A stretch of DNA of 53,710 nt, counting the filler, from Perkinsus olseni (lineage: Eukaryota): the NCBI GenBank assembly GCA_013115125.1. It is 3 parts of 3 records of this genome, joined end to end, with 100 filler letters (N's around TTAATTAATTAA, not from the genome) between each part and the next. Parts side by side here need not be neighbours in the genome. Positions count along the whole stretch, not along the records: positions 1 to 17,877 come from JABANN010000630.1; positions 17,978 to 35,837 come from JABANN010000631.1; 1 more part is not named here. One strand, written 5' to 3'. Shown here one piece after another: positions 10,217 through 21,330 of this stretch. The translations under genes were made by a program, and so were the position numbers. The notes beneath the pieces are model-generated. The model ran no database searches. It was not told where the DNA came from and was given only the letters and a program-made list of their open reading frames with translations. Numbering within the stretch: position 1 is the first letter of the stretch; each line of letters begins with the position of its first letter.

Positions 10217-12759
10217 ATGTCGAATGAAGCCCCCAAGGGTCCTGAGGGCGGCGGCAAGCTTTCCTCGCCCGACCTTCTGCTGAGCCAAATAGACAGTCGG
10301 TTGCGGACTTTGGTCACCATCATTGATCGCGTACATCAGGAGGTAGTAGTGGCGAGGATGGCAAGGAGTGAAATCGATCGGGCGAATTCGGCCGAGCGAG
10401 GGGAGGAAGAGAGGCTTCTTTGGGTGGCATCTGATGCATCTTTTAAAGGTGTGGAGGTCGACCAGACTTGGATACGGAATTTTGGGGATTCGCGAGCTTG
10501 ATAAGCCTGAGTCAAAGAAATTTTTAGTTGATTGATGGCAGCGATGCAGTGACGGCGGACTCGACGGCATCAGCAGAGGATCCTCAGATCACAGGGAAGC
10601 TCAACGATCTTTCTGAAGTAATTTTTGAGAGTATACTAGCCTGGTTAAGCGGGTTAAGGATCTTGGCTGATTATCGGATGGTCGTGGGTTCGATGCCGTG
10701 TGCTGGTCAGAACTTGTCAAGTTTGGTTTTGAATTACACGGCAGCGGTTAATTCCCTGAGAAAGGAGTTGTATGAGCTATGCGCGGAGGTAGGATGTCGC
10801 GCGCCACGAAATTCGGCTACCCGTCTGACTGGGTACGTCGTCCAGCTCGTTATCGTCTGGTTGGATATGTGCATGCGTGCACGTCTAAAAGGAAGATTTT
10901 CACGGGTTCTGGCTCTGCTCTTCGGCGTATCTTTTCCCACCGTGATAAGCACGCTCAACCTCAGGATTCCCGGATTGCCGAAAGAACTTCTACCAGTATC
11001 AACTCGGATGCCTTGCGTGCTGCGGCGGCGATGGTGGGTTCACACCAAGGGTCGCGGGATCGATCCCCGGTGGCTTCATTTTTAGGTTGAAGAAGATCGC
11101 TTCACTGCATTGCGGAATTACGTATCATCCTTATCGAATCCTTCTGCGTGAGCGGACTTCGGTTTCTCGGTCCTTGACGGATTTTTTTGAGATGCTTGGA
11201 CAATGGGGGTGGGCGTGTGTTTATTTCCATACCACACCTCAAGTAAATCGTGTTTGAGAAATGTCGACGACGCCTCGTCCTGCGGATGAGGATTCCTCTT
11301 CGTCCTCGTCTTCCTGCGATGATGGCGTTAACCAGGAGGACTACATAAAGCTGCGGAATATGATAAATAAGCATATCATCGATCCCCTCCAGCAGCAGCA
11401 GCAGGAAACGGAGGAAGAGCATCATCATCTAGGGTAGTAGTGGGGGTGGGTGACACTCGAGGACTGTGTGTGGCGTACGGAGTAGTTGGACCACTTGGCA
11501 CCTCGATGCAGAGGGAGCGGGTATAGTAGTTTCAGGGGGGACAGGTCGCGTGACCATGCAAAAAATAATGGACGCGTTTTTGACTGAGCGCTCGAAGGCA
11601 CTTATGAGGGCTGGGCAACGCCTTTCGGCTGTTGCCAGATTTCGAGTTGAAGGAGACCGTGGTCGAAATGTTACATCATCTTGTTGAAGTGGCTGTGCCT
11701 CCGCGGCTATTGTTTCTGGGATGTTCGTTCGTCTACAGGCCAGCAGGCCAGGGCGGAGGCAGCGGCAGTGTGCGTCCGACTGCCGTAACATACAAGAATT
11801 TGATATCCTTATTACTGCCAACAGCACAGGAGTACCACAACATGAGGAAGCGGAAGCAGACTGAGGGAACGGCGGATCGCGTAGGGAGGGCCGCAAGCCC
11901 GGGAGGAGATGCAAAAGTTGCTTGCAGGTGGAGGGTGATGGGCGGTCGACGGCAGTCCGGCCACGGCCCGCAGTAGCGGCTCTCGACACGGAACTAGACT
12001 GGCAGCCGGGGATTCGGACGCACAGCCCGAGGACTCCGACGCCGCCGACTCTTCACTTTCGAGAAAAGAAAGGCGATGGTGTCGGACAGGGAGGTGAGGT
12101 TAGTCCCGGGTGGTCTTGAGTGGAGCATAGTGGAAGATGGTCTTCATGGCTGCGCTGGTCGTGGGTATGGTTGCTGTCCCCTTCAGGGAGTCGGGTTTTC
12201 ACTACTGCAGCTCTGCGGCAATCCCTCACCGACCGGACGTCGGAGTCCCTCCGAGTGCTGCAGCTTTACCGGGGGTTCTGCATCTGCAACCCCTCCGGGC
12301 AGCAGCTGGCTTCGGGTGGCGGGTTGGGTCGAGTAGTGGTGAGGATGGCTGTTACAAGTAGTAGGGGAGTAGTCGATAAAAGTGGGGCGGCCACTCGACC
12401 GTTTGTGTGCCGGGCTGTGATTGAAGGGTTTGATCTGCGTGTGGATAGTGGCCGAGGGTGGCGATTAGTTTTTTTTCTTGTCGAGGGTCGCGCCACGTCG
12501 AGCTGCCGCTGGACCTTCCCATGCCACTGCGGGCGATCAACGTGAAGGGTGAGGTCTGCAGGGTAAGAAGGTTGGAGAGAAGGTGTGGTCAAGTGGTCCC
12601 TCTTTGCGTTTCGGCTTTGGAAGGTCCATGGCTCGACTCCCAGCCTTGATGTTTTTCGGCCCTTTAGGTGACGATCGGCTCCCTGTGGCTTTTGATGGCA
12701 TCACGCTCGTTGCCAATGGGGGGAAGCAACGACGTTCAACGGAGCCAGCAACTCGTTAA
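10217..12759 (+). CDS. Hypothetical protein, about 12-14 exons
   Basis: Chain of open exons joined by short GT-AG introns from MSNEAPKG to ...RRSTEPATR-TAA (12759). No family recognised. Confidence 0.55.
10634..10709 (+). pseudogene. Degenerate full-length tRNA-like sequence inside a predicted intron (10618-10710)
   Basis: ACTAGC/GCTGGT acceptor-like pairing, A-box-like TGGTTAAGCGGGTTAAGG, loop CTGATTA, variable TGGTC and B-box-like GGGTTCGATGCC, all at tRNA spacing. T-stem and anticodon stem are poorly paired. Confidence 0.45.
11040..11083 (+). pseudogene. tRNA-like 3' half inside a predicted intron (11034-11085)
   Basis: AAGGGTCGCGGGATCGATCCCCGGTGGCTTCA-TTTTT: variable loop, T-arm and acceptor-length strand followed by a T-tract. 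Confidence 0.35.
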
Positions 12760-12816
12760 AGACGTAGCCAACAAGTACTAAAGGTCCCGGGTTCGATCCC
12801 CGCAACCCGCACTTTT
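12757..12816 (+). pseudogene. tRNA-like 3' portion with intact B-box
   Basis: AAAGGTCCCGGGTTCGATCCCCGCAACCCGCA-CTTTT directly after the stop of the upstream gene. The adjacent 5' part does not fold as a cloverleaf. Confidence 0.5.
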
Positions 12817-12949
12817 CCCAACTCTCCAGATTCGGCATCGAGGTCTTAGACAGCGCCCGCGAGCGACAGCTCCTACTGGCGTACTTGACCGGTGAGGTCG
12901 ACTGGGTACCCGCCGGAGAGGCCGAAGGATCCTTTTAGGTCGATCGACG

Positions 12950-14211
12950 ATGGAAAGTCTCGTTGGAAGCGACATGTGGTGCCCGGTGGAAGCTGATCCT
13001 GAAGCGGCCGCCGTCACCGAAGGCAAGAAAAAGAGAGCAAGGGTGGACCCTGGGGACAGCTGGTAGTGGAGGGGAAGAGCTTCGCTCCGCTCGAATTTCG
13101 TGGTCAGTTCGGCGAGGGCAGAGGCGGTCGGTCGGCGATTGGTCTTAGAGGAGCAGCTTGCCTCGTTAAAGGAGCAATTGAGGGAAGCGACCAAGCACCA
13201 GCACCAGCAACAGGTGGGCATGCCGGGACCGCGGCGACCAGGACGGAGTCGTGTCTCCAGACTGCTGCCAGCAAACCAAACCTCGCTGTCTCCCGAGCGG
13301 TGGCGGCGTTGATGCAGAAAACGGTAAGTGGGGCGAAGGACCACCAACAAGGGTAGCTATTCTACTTCTTCTTCGCCAGAAAGCAGCAGCATCATCATCT
13401 GGTCGACCGGCGGCTGAGACCGGAGAGATGGAGGCGCCGGACACTCCGAGCTCCCCTGAGGATGGCGAGGATGGTCATGCTATGACGGCCATGGGTATGT
13501 CGCGCGCCACGAAAGGTTGATGGGTTGATAGGCTCCTTCAGATGCGTACGATGAGGGTCGGGGAGCATCGTCGTCGAGGGCCGCCTTCACTGCGGTCACG
13601 GCGGACGCTGTTGCCGCGGCCAGCTCGAACAACCCGGAGCTCATCGCCCTCGAGGTGGAGCTAGAGGCGAAATTGCAGCTACAAAAGCAAATATTGGTAT
13701 GCGCCAAGAGCAAGGTTCGCCCTAAGATACCTTTGTCTCAGATTGAATATTACAGAGTTAGTGATCAGCTGCGCATGGAGAGGGAGTTGGTGGCGTGCTA
13801 TCAGCGACGAGGGAGGCATCTTGAAGTGGAGAAGGCTAGAGTACACGGGTTGCCGGCCTTCTCGTCAATGGTCATTGCTTGTCCAGGGAGACAGCAGCTC
13901 TTTTGGGAAGAGTTGTTCGATGAGTTTCTCTCAAATCGCTGGGCTTGCTGGCTCGGGCGGAATCGCCTTCGTTACTCTTACTGATTAGTTGGTTCTTCCC
14001 TCAGGCCCTGACCATCCTTCTCGAGCACACAAAGGGAGCTGAGGTTGATGCCGATCTGAAGCAGTGCCAGTTGGCAGTAGGCTGCTGCTCACCCTTTGCC
14101 TTTGGCCCCGCTGGACTTGCTCCTGTTCAGGTAACGCCAAGGACGTTGAAGGCCCAGGAGCATCGGACGGAGCATCACGCAGACTTGGCCGTTCAAGGCC
14201 TACATATGTAG
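12950..14211 (+). CDS. Hypothetical coiled-coil protein, multi-exon
   Basis: ATG 12950; exons with heptad-like helices (LEEQLASLKEQLRE, LEVELEAKLQLQKQIL) separated by GT-AG introns. Confidence 0.5.
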
Positions 14212-14589
14212 CCTGCTAGCCTGTGCTGTCATTGTGGTTGAACACGACGATGAGTGGTAACATTGTCTCCAAGTGCTCGGCTCTTGTGTTCTCTCTGAGT
14301 TTAGCAGGCTGCTGATCCCCGACCGCACTGGTAGACCGCGCGACAGGATCGGTCGTAAGAGGAACGTGTTACGAAGATGGCTGAGAACCATAGACCACAG
14401 GGCGTCCGGCGTGCGCTAAATTTTTGGCTTCCAGTAGCTGCGGTAGTCGCCGATTGACAGAACCATCTTCGACATCTCGGGCCCCTGGGGCATTCGTCGT
14501 GGTCCCAAAATTTTGTCTTGAAATTCCGCGTTAGGGAACGTGAAAGGCCTTGAAGTTGTCCACGAGGTTTTGAATCGCCCTCCACAATC

Positions 14590-17005
14590 ATGAGGGAGAG
14601 GCGGGCGGGTGATATTTCTCGTGGAGCATTGGGTTCGTCCATGGCCTCTTCGAGACAGAGCACGAAAGCGCGAACAGACAGGTTCCAAGACCTTGGCGGA
14701 GCGGAGGTGAGGCCGTTTTCTCTCAATCCCTTCACACGACGGGTTAGGTCTTTAACGTAGCCTCAGAGGCTTCGGAGGCGGCGGTGCTCTCGGGCCCGGC
14801 CTTTACTGAGAAGGAGAGGAACTTTCTGATAGAACGTCTAACGACGGAAGTGGCGGAGTTCAGCGTGGCGGCGAACTGCCAGATTTTTGCTCGGTAACGA
14901 TAGGCCAGCGTGTGGGGGAGAATCCTTGCCGCAGTTGCCTCGTGCAAACTACGGAAATTGCCAGACTACTTCAAAAGAATGGACAAGAGGGAAGAGCAAA
15001 GGGAAAGCGGGTCGGGGGAGAGCAGCTCAGGCAGGGCGCGATGACCGGTGTCAGAGCCAACAGGGAGAGTGGGTACTTGCGATACACGGCTTCTGCAACC
15101 TCACTACGTCATGGACATGGATGAAGGCAAGATACGCTGGACGCTGGCCGAGGGACTGTTCCTCGCAGTTCGCGGTCGGCCTCTACAAGAAAGGCTTCAA
15201 CGTGCTTTTAATAGATCTGCCGGGGTTCGGCAAGTCTAGCATCTCCCAGAACATCAGATGCTCCCCTGAGCGTTGGAGGCCTCGGGACGCCCACATGCTC
15301 TCACATGTGAGGACCGAGTCCCCATGACCGTGGTCAGCGGCGGCCCTGCAGGTCCTGTCTGAGCTCGGAGTCCATCAGTGCCGAGTGGTGGCCTGCTACG
15401 AGGGCGCGGGTATGCTGTTTAAGCTTCTGATGAAGTACCCTCATCTGATCGGCTCCCACCATTTCCTTTACAACGTGAGGGTGTTGCAGCCTCTGGTGGG
15501 TGAGGAGGTATCTTTTTAGCCCGTCATTGACGATAATGCGTTGGATACCTACTGCAGTCAGCTGCGACTCACTTCCAAGATCCGCGCACTGGGAAGTGCC
15601 TTCAACGTATCTTAGCTCGATGCTTGCATGATACAGAACACCTCAGGCCATCAACATCAGTTGTCTCAGTGTCGACAGGAATCTTCTGAACGCATCAACT
15701 TGATCCACCGTTCCGCGTCGCCCTTGAGGCCCTCTGAGGGTGTGTGGCAGTGTTGGTGTTCTCTAGGTTTTTGTAGCGTACGATCGGAGCCCGTACGGTG
15801 GTCTCGTCCGACCGGACGTCCGTGAGGTGGGCGAAAGCAGCGCGTTTCGAAGACGATGAGGGCGATAGGTCACTGAGCGCACCTTCAACGCTCTCACGGA
15901 GATATCACAGGACCACCTCTGCAAGGATAGAGTCTTCATCGCTTCCGTCACGCGCCACGAAATTGCGGAGAGACTGGCGTACAAGGCTGAGCAGCCTGGT
16001 CAGAGCACTTCCCTTTGCCTCGAACATACAGGAGCCTCAGGTCTCGCCAGCGTTCGTATTCTCTACCCGTCGAAGTACTTCAAAGTTTACGTGGCTGAAT
16101 TCATCGCGGGCAGTCGGGTGCCGCCCTACTCCTCAGTGAGGCTTCTTCCCATCGCCGGCGTGGATCTGTGGGGTGGCAGGTGCTGACACCGTCGGGGGAG
16201 CTGAGATGGGTTGTGGGGAGAGAGGACCGTTCCGACCTCAATGATACTCAACCAGAGTCGACCTTGGATGCGGCTCAGGCAAGCGGGGATCCGCGTCTGT
16301 TCTGACCAGATCCCCTCAGATCGGAGTTAACGCAGTCGTTGAAGTGTCAAGGGAGAGACGCGACTGGAAGAACGTGATCCCTCCTGATGAATCCCCGGGC
16401 GTGTTACTAACGTCCTCAGGCGCCACCGGACAACGAACGCTCCTACGGCAGTAGGCTGCAGCGCCAAGAAGACGGCCTCAGGATGGAGACCCTGTTGCAG
16501 GTGTCTATGAAGGAGTGACCCTGCTCGCTGAAGTTTGCCTTAGCTGGCTAAGATGGTGAAGGTACCTGGACGAGTACGGCGAGGAGGAGGAGGCGAATGT
16601 GCGGGACGCCCTGGCACGGAGTCGGATCACCGCTGAGAACGAAAGGACGTCCGGTCAGGGGGGCCCTGTGCTGTTCTGATCGCTGCACCCGTCAGGGACG
16701 TCCGGTTGGCTGAGCTGCGGTCGCTGCCAGCGGGTGGTGATGCAGTTGATGAACTTCGAGAGATGCAGGGTGGCATCGAGGAGAGCATGGGCACTCTCGA
16801 CCTCTACCACGGCTACTCGGAGGTGAGGGCTGTCGGCCGATCGGTGTCCGCTGCTAGTGAATGCATCAGGAGGAGCAGATGAGACTGGCCATCGCCAACT
16901 CGCTCAAGGAGAATCTTCCTAAAGGTATCACAGACAAGCTTCAACCTAGGATTCCTGTTAACTGGATCAGGGACTGCACCGCCGAGCTCTCGCCAAGATG
17001 GCTAG
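14590..17005 (+). CDS. Alpha/beta-hydrolase-fold protein with C-terminal UIM-like motifs, multi-exon
   Basis: WVLAIHGF, KGFNVLLIDLPGFGKS and elbow region CRVVACYEGAGM...KYPHLI. C-terminal EEEEANVRDALARSR and EEQMRLAIANSLKE match the UIM pattern (acidic-L-x-x-A-x-x-x-S). Confidence 0.7.
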
Positions 17006-17877
17006 GCATTCTTCGATCAGCACGTCCGCTGCAGAGCAGCGATGTTGTGGTTGGAGGTTACTTGAGACGCGAGGAGACTGGTCAGCAAGCATGAACGAGT
17101 GTTTGCTGTAATCCAGTGTTCTTTCACTGAGCTTGGATTGTGTTGCTACTCAAAGACGCTATCGAAGCCATATCAAATCCCCTTCGAACTTCGGTACCCG
17201 CCACGACGTTCCTCGGCACGAAGGGTCACCGACTGTCGTGTCGATACCGCAATAGCGGGGGCCTCCGATCTCTGTTACCGGTCGCTGGCCGCTGCGGACC
17301 CCTCTGGCGGGATGAGAGGCCGACCTCTGCAAAAGTAGGCAACTACGCAAAAATGTATTTCGCGACCCACATGGTGCGTAGGAATGCACTCCCGCTGATC
17401 GACCACCAAAAGGCTCTCTCTTTTTCGCCGCCGCCCCACGCCGGAGGAAGGCAAGACTATCAGCGCTATGATCATCCCCAGATGCATCTTGTAACCACTT
17501 GAGGAACGCAAGCACGATAGAGGGAGAGAAGTCCGGGAGAGAAGTCCTTGGATCACCACCCCTTGAATCGGTTAATGACAAATCGTTTGAAAGACCCTGA
17601 GAACGTCGGAGAGTGAGGTTCCCCAAGAGCAAAGTAAACGACGACGACGACGACGATTTTGACGGAAAGTGGGAAGTGTAAACTGTGACACAAACAAAGA
17701 CCGCCTCTCACCGTCCTCGTAAAACGGCGTTGATCGCAAGGGAAAGCATCGACGGGATCGCCGCCGATGCAACTCAAAAATGGTGATAAAATCGTAGCTG
17801 TAGAAGAGATGAGAAGCAGTAGTGGTAGTAGCAGCAGAAGCAGAGCTGTTGAGAAGAAAAAATGTTCAACCGCTTTC

Positions 17878-17977
17878 NNNNNNNNNNNNNNNNNNNNNNN
17901 NNNNNNNNNNNNNNNNNNNNNTTAATTAATTAANNNNNNNNNNNNNNNNNNNNNNNNNNNNNNNNNNNNNNNNNNNN
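17878..17977. other. Scaffold gap with TTAATTAATTAA linker
   Basis: 100-nt N run with a central six-frame stop linker. Confidence 0.95.
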
Positions 17978-18040
17978 GAGGTCAGCGTCTGGCACGGTAG
18001 TGCCGGGTGTCCTGTCGATGTTTTTGACCCACCCGTCCCT

Positions 18041-18287
18041 CCCTCAAGGGGGGGGGTCGCCTGGTAGGAGTGTCTCCTCCCCGGCTGATCGATTCGCGAC
18101 TTGAGCTTATGTTACGCAAGGTCGCGGACGAGGAGCCGGGATTTTCGCGGTTATGAGTGAGATTCTGGGGAGTTCTTTCCGTTTTGGTTTCGTCAGAATA
18201 AGATTTGTTCGTGGTAATAAAGTTGTAGACCTCTTCTGGCGATTAACTCATTACCTAGCCGCCCTGGCAGCGTTGGGTTACTCACCA
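18041..18287 (+). mobile_element. 3' end of an LTR retrotransposon: polypurine tract plus ~226-bp LTR
   Basis: PPT-like CTCAAGGGGGGGGG (18043-18056), then TGGT (18062)...ACCA (18287) inverted termini and an internal AATAAA at ~18216. Abuts a scaffold gap. Confidence 0.55.
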
Positions 18288-18360
18288 GTGGTGATTGGCT
18301 CAACCAGGAAAACGCTACATGGCTGAAACCTTAGCCACGCACAGCCTGTGGAGCACAGGG

Positions 18361-19998
18361 CGTTATCTCCCACATCGATTTCTCTTCATAGATTTCTTCG
18401 CCACCTTCTTCGTAACATGCGATGCTTTTCAATTCGTCGGGCAGCTTATCTACGGCTTCATTTTTCCTTCATGAATTTCGTCCTATCATTGATCACTTCA
18501 ACGCTACTGTTCGTCGCGGTTAACGCTGCCCCTGTCGGCAAGTATTATGGTTTCGCTGTTACGGGCACTCGATTCGTAATCTATATCAAGGAGGACAACA
18601 CTGTGCGCGTGATGTACAGCTTTTCGAAGACGGTATACTCCCGCACCAGGTCGTATCCTCTACATCCCGGACGTGTCGCAGACGAGTACATCATCAAAGA
18701 TAACCTAAAACATCCAAACTGCCTGCGTGGTCTGAAGGGGGACTGCGTACTTGATGATGGTGACCTTGTCAACCTCCGCTTCGCCGCTGATGAAGACTCC
18801 TTGACAACTTCTGTGGGAGGCAAGACTGTAAGGTTCCGGAGGATTGACAACAGCTTCATCATTCCGTATCACTCTACTCCACATAAGGACGTTGAGATCG
18901 AATGGGTTATGCATATGTACAAAACTATGGTTGCGCACGTGACGGTGAACTGTACAGATCCGCGTCTCAGCACAGCTGCAGGTCGGAACTCATTAGTCAA
19001 TGGCAAGTTCCCCTTCCAGTCCAAAAACTACCTCTCTCCATATTCGATGTGGCCACGCCCTAGGAAGTATTACAGAGACTTCAAGAAGGAATTGTTTACG
19101 GTTTGCGGCATACAACTGTCGCCGGGAGATTTTAAGACCATTACCTTTGCTACTTCCACGACTGCTTACACTAAATTCCTTGGGAAACGCTTAACTCTCA
19201 CTGCGGTATGATCCTTCTCGTATCGCTACGATGTTGCTGCTGCCTTTATTGTGATGATGTCTCTGCCTTGAGCACTGTACAATGTAACTCCGTCGTGCTG
19301 TGGTCTCTAATAGAGACTCTCTATAGGTCACTTAGTTGATCTACTTACCTTATATGCTTCTCTGCGGTGTTCGCAACTACAGTTCTATCTCTAGACGTAC
19401 TCTGTGCTGTGATGCCAGCCTGGCATTGCCAGGCACAGTTTCAATACCATCTCCGGCACGCACAAACATCTCGTTATGATCTACTGCATTACACGATACC
19501 GTTACGGTAATACCGTAAGCTACGACGAATCTTACTCGATTTTCGTAACGACGAGGCCATTACAGCACTGAACGGGTTGATACCTTTTTTTAGCATGATA
19601 TTCCTTACGAGGTAGAGCCTCGCCTTTAAGAGCTCTCATGAGCGTGATCCGGTCAGTGCTAGAGCGCATCTGTAGAGCTCTCCAAGCTTACAGAGGTTCC
19701 CAGAGTTGTTCCAAGACTTTTTCCTATCGAGTCAGGTCTCGTTACTTTGGCATTCTTGTTCTCATAACAATTTCGTCAGCGGTAACAACACTGTGGTTCC
19801 GACCGCTTGGCGCTACCAGGTGCACTCAGCTCGCCTGCTTCAATAAGAATGTCTCTTAAGCAGATTTCTTTCACTTGAACATGCCAGTGTTGACTTGCTA
19901 AGATGGTAATACACCGGATCTTGATTGTGGCGCTGAGCAGTAGCCCGGCCCAGGATCAATACAATCGGCCCCTTCAATAGAACCTACGACGCCAATGG
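18361..19998 (+). repeat. Left arm of a ~1.6-kb inverted segmental duplication
   Basis: Upstream, CDS and ~800 bp of downstream sequence align with the reverse complement of 30663-32320 (e.g. ATGAGCGTGATCCGGTCAGTGCTAGAGCGCATC at 19638). Confidence 0.85.
18471..19211 (+). CDS. Intronless secreted protein of a lineage-specific two-repeat family (basic paralogue)
   Basis: Signal peptide MNFVLSLITSTLLFVAVNA; internal repeat (DGDLVNLRF...VGGKTVRFRRI / PGDFKTITF...LGKRLTLTAV); paralogue at 31470-32195. Confidence 0.8.
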   Translation: MNFVLSLITSTLLFVAVNAAPVGKYYGFAVTGTRFVIYIKEDNTVRVMYSFSKTVYSRTRSYPLHPGRVADEYIIKDNLKHPNCLRGLKGDCVLDDGDLVNLRFAADEDSLTTSVGGKTVRFRRIDNSFIIPYHSTPHKDVEIEWVMHMYKTMVAHVTVNCTDPRLSTAAGRNSLVNGKFPFQSKNYLSPYSMWPRPRKYYRDFKKELFTVCGIQLSPGDFKTITFATSTTAYTKFLGKRLTLTAV

Positions 19999-20630
19999 CC
20001 CATTGACAAAGAGTGATAAAGTTCAGAAGTGCCTTGGTGTAACGCAATAGCAAATGCGAGTGCGAGAAGTAGCCTGATAGCATGTTAGCTACCGTGAATC
20101 AATGGCGCTCCGAATCGAGGCCAGCGGAACTCAAAATGACAGGGTAAAGAAGTCATTTTAGCGGCAGGCCTTAAACAAGGAATTCCGCAATTCCGCGATT
20201 AAGACCCACAATTTCATGATGAAGGAGATCAAAAGGATACGAAAGGAGTTGCTATTCCTCTTGCGCACTCATACGTCCGCACTCCTGCGCGGTAAGTCAA
20301 TTTCGGCGACCACAACAACAAAGAATAGAAATGCTTATGCGTGACGCTGAGCGATTTCTCCGACCGCGGGAGTCGCCGCCAGAGAGCCGCAATTTATAAC
20401 AGCCGTGGAACTTCTCACTCAACGCATCTGAGATTAGAAAAGGACGCTAATATTTGCGAGGCTTATTCATACCGGGAGGCCAGTGGCCTCGAGGGGTTAC
20501 CGAGAGACGTACGGATGGAAGCTGGCCAAATGATTGAGCCGGGAGTCGACTCTCTTGAAGTACCTCAAAGTCCAACGACCATCTACTAGAACATCAGTTG
20601 AAAAGCGCTCCTCATGACCATCCAGGCTGG

Positions 20631-21330
20631 CTAGCTTCTTGAGTCCCTCTCAGGAGCGTAGACAGCGACGTGTATAGGAGGGTTGCCGGTGACGGGATAA
20701 AGAGAGCCGTTGATTCTCTCAGCCTCCACCCTCATGTTATGGATGACTTCACATTTCCCGTAGGGATGAGGTCTGATCATCCGCAACCTGAGGTTGCCAA
20801 GCTCTTCTGCTGCCATATGAAGTCGGACTTGTACTGAAATGCGACCGATCCTGGAGTACCAAGGATGACGTTGAGGAAGACTCCGCTCCGCTGATACCAC
20901 CGGGGGCCTCGAAGGAGTACGCTAGTTTGAATTTTTCACTCCACGAATGAAGAACAGGCACGTTAACGATTCGATACAGCTCCAGGAGTACTGTATGTAG
21001 AGCAGGTCTCCAGCGAGGGCCATTTCGGTGCTATAGAAACGGTTGAAAGTCGAGTGAGGTAAACCTATATCCAGCAACATGCATGTGCTTATTTGCCATA
21101 CAGTATCCGAGTAGGTGGAAGCGGAAGAGCTCACCATTCTTGTAAGAGTAAGCGATGAATAGGCGACGATGTTCAGTATCATAGCAGCTCGATACGATAC
21201 GGCGAATCGCTCCCTTGGTCGGTGGAATCAGTGGAGGCTCCACCTCGTTTGAGAAAACCTTTTTGAGGGAAATACCGTCGGCTTGATTGATATCGGTAAT
21301 AATGTGGACCTTGCCGTTATCATGAAACAT
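20631..21330 (-). pseudogene. Frameshifted, 5'-truncated paralogue of the 24662-25732 gene
   Basis: Matching peptides lie in different frames: CYDTEHRRLFIAYSY vs CYDAENRRLFISYSH, LAGDLLYI vs AAGDFLYI, KLAYS, and IHNMRVEAERING vs IQNMTTEAEEIDG. Confidence 0.8.

Noticed and set aside
14423..14432. AATTTTTGG Sm-site-like motif
   Set aside because: No accompanying U1/U2/U4/U5 or SL RNA hallmark sequences.
17159..17632. 157-aa minus-strand ORF and overlapping plus-strand ORFs
   Set aside because: No motif, non-ATG start, next to a gap; coding status unsupported.
17922..17933. TTAATTAATTAA palindrome, repeated at 35882-35893
   Set aside because: Artificial six-frame stop linker inside N gaps.
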